Below are positions 32,847 to 35,578 of a stretch of DNA of 35,578 bases, piece by piece; the first letter of the stretch is position 1, and the number at the start of each line of letters is the position of its first letter. Both the position numbers and the translations under genes were made by a program. The notes beneath the pieces were generated by a model. The model saw only the letters and a list, made by a program, of their open reading frames with translations. It was not told the origin of the DNA and made no database searches. Source of the DNA: a virus (taxonomy: Duplodnaviria > Caudoviricetes); IMG/VR virus record IMGVR_UViG_3300026543_000122, positions 1-35,578 of that record. The stretch is one strand, 5' to 3'.

Positions 32847-32923
32847 GTCCTAACCAAAATAATGAAGACTAAAGCATAAATACTCCATACAGGCGCCGGC
32901 GACATCATTATTTCAAGAATCAT
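32843..32923 (-). CDS. 26-aa hydrophobic peptide (not in ORF track)
   Basis: MILEIMMSPAPVWSIYALVFIILVRT; fills the gap, and its TGA overlaps the next start. Confidence 0.35.
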   Translation of the reverse strand: MILEIMMSPAPVWSIYALVFIILVRT

Positions 32924-32926
32924 CCT

Positions 32927-33316
32927 TCAATCCTTTTTAAACCAAAAGAACTCTAATCCTACTCTTTCAGCTTCTTTTTCTAAACAGCAATAAGGACATT
33001 TTCCGCCTTCTGGAAAACCCCAATTGCCTCCACTTGCTATAATTCCGTGAGCTTCACATTTTCCATGCACCCCAGCCCAAGTGTGTTGGTGTCCATAATT
33101 TTGAAGATAAATGAGTTTTGCTTGTTCCACCACCGGCCACAACTCCTTCGCGGCAGCGTTGAAGCCTGCAGAGAATGCATCACTCATCGTGTCCTCATTA
33201 CACCATGGAGAAACATGAAATCCGTCCGGATTATCTTTGAACTCCATCTTGGTATAAAGTTCTGCGTGCTCATCACGGATTCTATTAAGCACTTCTGTAC
33301 CGTATGTTTTTTCCAT
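32927..33316 (-). CDS. Hypothetical protein, GFNAA-motif paralog with C-terminal Cys/His cluster
   Basis: Probable start MEKTYG after GGAGG; FSAGFNAA; CEAH...CPYC. Confidence 0.6.
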   Translation of the reverse strand: MEKTYGTEVLNRIRDEHAELYTKMEFKDNPDGFHVSPWCNEDTMSDAFSAGFNAAAKELWPVVEQAKLIYLQNYGHQHTWAGVHGKCEAHGIIASGGNWGFPEGGKCPYCCLEKEAERVGLEFFWFKKD

Positions 33317-33842
33317 ACGTTTTCCTCCACCAAGTTCGACCCATTGCTCGATCGCATTCGATACAAACTCGTCCTGTTTTATTTCTCTTTGTATTTGATG
33401 CAGTATATTCATGCCCTTTAGGACAATGAGTTCTATTTGTTGCCCAATGATTACCAGATCTAACTCTGTCTCGTTGATTAGTTGAATTGTCTCCTATGTA
33501 AAGATGTTTTGGATTTACACAAGATCTGTTGTTACATGTGTGGCACACAAATTTCTTTGCAGGAATTTTACCCACTAATATTTCATAAATTACTCTATGC
33601 GCACGTCTACCCTTCCCCCGCCAAAACACACAGCCGTATCCTTTGCCCGTGGTTGCAGCAATCCACTTCCAGCAGGCTTTACCAATCTTAAATTTAGATC
33701 TGATCCGCTCAGGAATCTTCTCTAGTTTCGGGGTCATATAAAATTCCTTTGGCTTTAAAACAGGAGACTTTGCCATTAAGTTTTCAGAATCTATTTTTAA
33801 ATTCTTTATTTTATTGATCTCATCTTCGATAAGCTTATTCAT
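33285..33842 (-). CDS. HNH homing endonuclease (I-PpoI/HNH_3-like)
   Basis: CWKW...GYG...AHRVIY...VCHTCNNRSCVNPKHL...N, followed by THCPKGHEY..RVCIEC. Alternative start at 33737. Confidence 0.9.
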   Translation of the reverse strand: MNKLIEDEINKIKNLKIDSENLMAKSPVLKPKEFYMTPKLEKIPERIRSKFKIGKACWKWIAATTGKGYGCVFWRGKGRRAHRVIYEILVGKIPAKKFVCHTCNNRSCVNPKHLYIGDNSTNQRDRVRSGNHWATNRTHCPKGHEYTASNTKRNKTGRVCIECDRAMGRTWWRKTYGKNIRYRSA

Positions 33843-33858
33843 TCACCCAATTTCCTTT

Positions 33859-33954
33859 TTAATCAATCCAACAATAATGTTTACAACCACAAGATGGACA
33901 ATACCCATGCTCACAAAGATACTGCTTTTCCTTTTTGCAGAACTTACAAGTCAT
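33859..33954 (-). CDS. 31-aa Cys-rich peptide (not in ORF track)
   Basis: MTCKFCKKEKQYLCEHGYCPSCGCKHYCWID; ATGA overlap with the upstream gene. Confidence 0.55.
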   Translation of the reverse strand: MTCKFCKKEKQYLCEHGYCPSCGCKHYCWID

Positions 33955-34166
33955 TCTTCAATCCTCAATATCGATTCGAGATAATCCCTAGGAAGAAATG
34001 ATGCAAAAGAATTGTTCTTATAACACTTCGGGCATTCCAGTTTAAGCAAACTAGTATGAGCAATAACTGAACAAATCCACTTATGATGGCAATCTAAACA
34101 AATGGCGACCAGTGCGAATTGCTTTTTATAGTCATCGAGGCTATGTGTATTTTTTTTATCCGTCAT
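33951..34166 (-). CDS. Zinc-ribbon protein
   Basis: CLDCHHKW...CPKC. Confidence 0.65.
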   Translation of the reverse strand: MTDKKNTHSLDDYKKQFALVAICLDCHHKWICSVIAHTSLLKLECPKCYKNNSFASFLPRDYLESILRIEE

Positions 34167-34486
34167 TCTAAAATCTCAAGCACTTTTCTAGCTCTTTCCC
34201 CATCATCCTTAGAAAGTTTAAGAGCAGCATTTATTTTTATTTTATCTTTAAGGCTAGAATTAAACCCACCTTGGTTAATCCTTGATGAGCGAGCATAAAA
34301 CCTCAGCGCCTTCACCAATGGTCCAACGCTCTGTAACTCTTCCGGGTGTTTCTCAAGATATTCGACGGCGGCGTTGAAGCCCTCACAGAACTCTGTAACT
34401 TTAATCGAAGTTTCCAAATCCCTCGGAAAGTCTCCAAAGATTTCATCAAGCATAGCTTCCCTAATCTTCTGTAGCTTCGGGGTCAT
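34163..34486 (-). CDS. Hypothetical protein, GFNAA-motif paralog
   Basis: AAGGAGG SD; FCEGFNAA, LVKALRFYA...GERARKVL. Confidence 0.7.
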   Translation of the reverse strand: MTPKLQKIREAMLDEIFGDFPRDLETSIKVTEFCEGFNAAVEYLEKHPEELQSVGPLVKALRFYARSSRINQGGFNSSLKDKIKINAALKLSKDDGERARKVLEILE

Positions 34487-34498
34487 ACCGCCTCCTTC

Positions 34499-34540
34499 AA
34501 AAACAGGGCCCTAGCCTCGCTTCTTCAATGACTAGGGCCC
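34499..34540 (-). terminator. Intrinsic terminator/attenuator hairpin
   Basis: GGGCCCTAGTC...GGCTAGGGCCC followed by TGTTTTT on the minus strand, directly before the SD of 34486. Confidence 0.65.
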
Positions 34541-34579
34541 CCTGAAGAATTAGAAATGAAGCTCCCGCTATAGCACGGG

Positions 34580-34591
34580 CATGGAATCATG
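34580..34591. promoter_or_regulatory. Operator-like CATG-N4-CATG, copy 2
   Basis: CATGGAATCATG, intergenic, in the spacer of TTCCCA-17-(TGc)TATAGC on the minus strand. Confidence 0.55.
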
Positions 34592-34635
34592 GGAAGGGGG
34601 AAATAAAAGCGGCAACAGGCAGGAGTTGAACCTGT

Positions 34636-35001
34636 CTAGGCGTGCAAATCCCTGTGATGCTTCCCGCAAAGAGGGATAACATCAAACGGCTTTGTATAAT
34701 CAAAATGATGTAACTCTTCACATTGAACTTCGCAAGTCACGACAGAGCATTGCCACCACTCGTATTGATCTTTATACTTTTCGTAAGCTTTCATTCGTGC
34801 TTTTACCTTGTGTCTATTTTTGTACTTTGATCTTAGATCTCTGAATCTCCTTCTGGAAATATTCTGGGATTTTTTCTTACAGAGTTTACACTGCCAATCC
34901 CATCCGTCATAGCGTCCCTTGCTTCTATAAAAAAGTGGATGATCACTTCTTTCGGACCACGTAAAAGTCCACTTACAAGTTGGACATCGTTTTTTCATCA
35001 T
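34636..35001 (-). CDS. Zinc-finger/HNH-like endonuclease
   Basis: N-terminal CPTC...FY...DG...CKLC; C-terminal HHFDYTKPFDVIPLCGKHH...H. Confidence 0.75.
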   Translation of the reverse strand: MMKKRCPTCKWTFTWSERSDHPLFYRSKGRYDGWDWQCKLCKKKSQNISRRRFRDLRSKYKNRHKVKARMKAYEKYKDQYEWWQCSVVTCEVQCEELHHFDYTKPFDVIPLCGKHHRDLHA

Positions 35002-35101
35002 TCGCGGGTCCAAGACCCGTACCCCCCAGTTCGGCTGACCAAACGATCTCTTTATTCTTCCACTTCTTCACTACCTGCTTAGTTGTTAGTTTCGTTTCCA
35101 T
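34973..35101 (-). CDS. Short ORF, possibly a truncated gene (METKLTTKQVVKKWKNKEIVWSAELGG...)
   Basis: Starts inside the repeated motif and runs into the HNH-like gene. Confidence 0.4.
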   Translation of the reverse strand: METKLTTKQVVKKWKNKEIVWSAELGGTGLGPANDEKTMSNL

Positions 35102-35110
35102 GAAACCATG
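35099..35110. promoter_or_regulatory. Operator-like CATG-N4-CATG, copy 3
   Basis: CATGAAACCATG, overlapping a start codon; part of a 22-nt repeat shared with copy 4. Confidence 0.55.
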
Positions 35111-35142
35111 CATACCACAGAACCGGGGCCGGAGGTAGGGGA

Positions 35143-35499
35143 TTAACCCCCGTGATACCAATCACCATCTTCAACCTCAACCTTCATATGTCGATCAACA
35201 CTCTGCTTAATTTGATTCAACATTAAAAACAATGTTCCCAACACATCCAGTTGGTTGTAAATCATGTTAACCGTCATATTTGTCTCTTTTGGCTTCGATT
35301 TGGCGTACGCCTTCAGATGAACCGCTTTCTTATCAGGAAACAATCTCACCATAGACCAAGTTGGCTCTTCAATAAATAATCGATACTCTCCAAAGCCCTC
35401 ACCATCATTCAAAATCACCAAACCACCTACATCATGCTTCCGAAAGATGATTTCAATCTCCTTCACTATATCCTTTAATTTGGGGCTGTATTTGTCCAT
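35143..35499 (-). CDS. Hypothetical protein
   Basis: Probable start MDKYSPKL within the repeated motif. Confidence 0.7.
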   Translation of the reverse strand: MDKYSPKLKDIVKEIEIIFRKHDVGGLVILNDGEGFGEYRLFIEEPTWSMVRLFPDKKAVHLKAYAKSKPKETNMTVNMIYNQLDVLGTLFLMLNQIKQSVDRHMKVEVEDGDWYHGG

Positions 35500-35508
35500 G
35501 GAACCATG
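35497..35508. promoter_or_regulatory. Operator-like CATG-N4-CATG, copy 4
   Basis: CATGGAACCATG, overlapping a start codon. Confidence 0.55.
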
Positions 35509-35552
35509 CATACCACGAAATCAGCCCCGCTTATAGTGGAGAAGGGATAGGG

Positions 35553-35578
35553 CTGTCTCTTATACACATCTCCGAGCC
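35553..35578 (+). other. Nextera/Tn5 mosaic-end adapter read-through (artefact)
   Basis: Exact CTGTCTCTTATACACATCT followed by CCGAGCC at the contig end. Confidence 0.97.

Noticed and set aside
33203-33217. CATG-N6-CATG as a fifth operator
   Set aside because: The spacing is wrong and it lies inside a coding region.
35097-35516. 22-nt direct repeat as CRISPR repeats or terminal repeats
   Set aside because: There are only two copies about 400 nt apart, each at a gene start, which fits promoter/operator sites better.
35553-35571. Tn5/IS50 end as a real mobile element
   Set aside because: It is the synthetic mosaic end followed by Nextera adapter bases, and no transposase is present.

Overview
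The window is a 35.6-kb fragment of a tailed dsDNA phage genome with podovirus-type (P22/Mu-gpT-capsid-like) organisation, translated with the standard code. From right to left on the minus strand: an early/accessory region of many small, often Cys-rich ORFs and two HNH-type endonucleases (28.4-35.5 kb); a metallophosphoesterase, an HExxH protein, probable small and large terminase, portal, scaffold, capsid decoration and major capsid genes; several fibre/decoration proteins; adaptor, nozzle, tail fibre, a GNAT-like protein and three probable ejection proteins (6.5-28.1 kb). An oppositely oriented (+) block at 1.3-6.3 kb holds membrane peptides, a lipoprotein, a stand-alone receiver domain, an FlbD-like protein, a GroES-like co-chaperonin and a PD-(D/E)XK nuclease, and surrounds a minus-strand SLT endolysin. 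A 5'-truncated tyrosine recombinase lies at the left edge. I recognised no replication genes, CRISPR array or intact tRNA, so the genome is probably incomplete. The last 26 nt are Nextera adapter. The most interesting signals are missing from the ORF track: (i) a four-copy CATG-N4-CATG operator-like motif in early-region promoter positions plus an unlisted ribbon-helix-helix gene; (ii) a set of protamine-like basic micro-proteins, one coupled to the terminase start; (iii) several structured intergenic RNAs that sequester Shine-Dalgarno sites; (iv) host signalling/motility-like domains (receiver, FlbD) in the lysis-like block. All family calls come from motif recognition by eye; no database searches were run.
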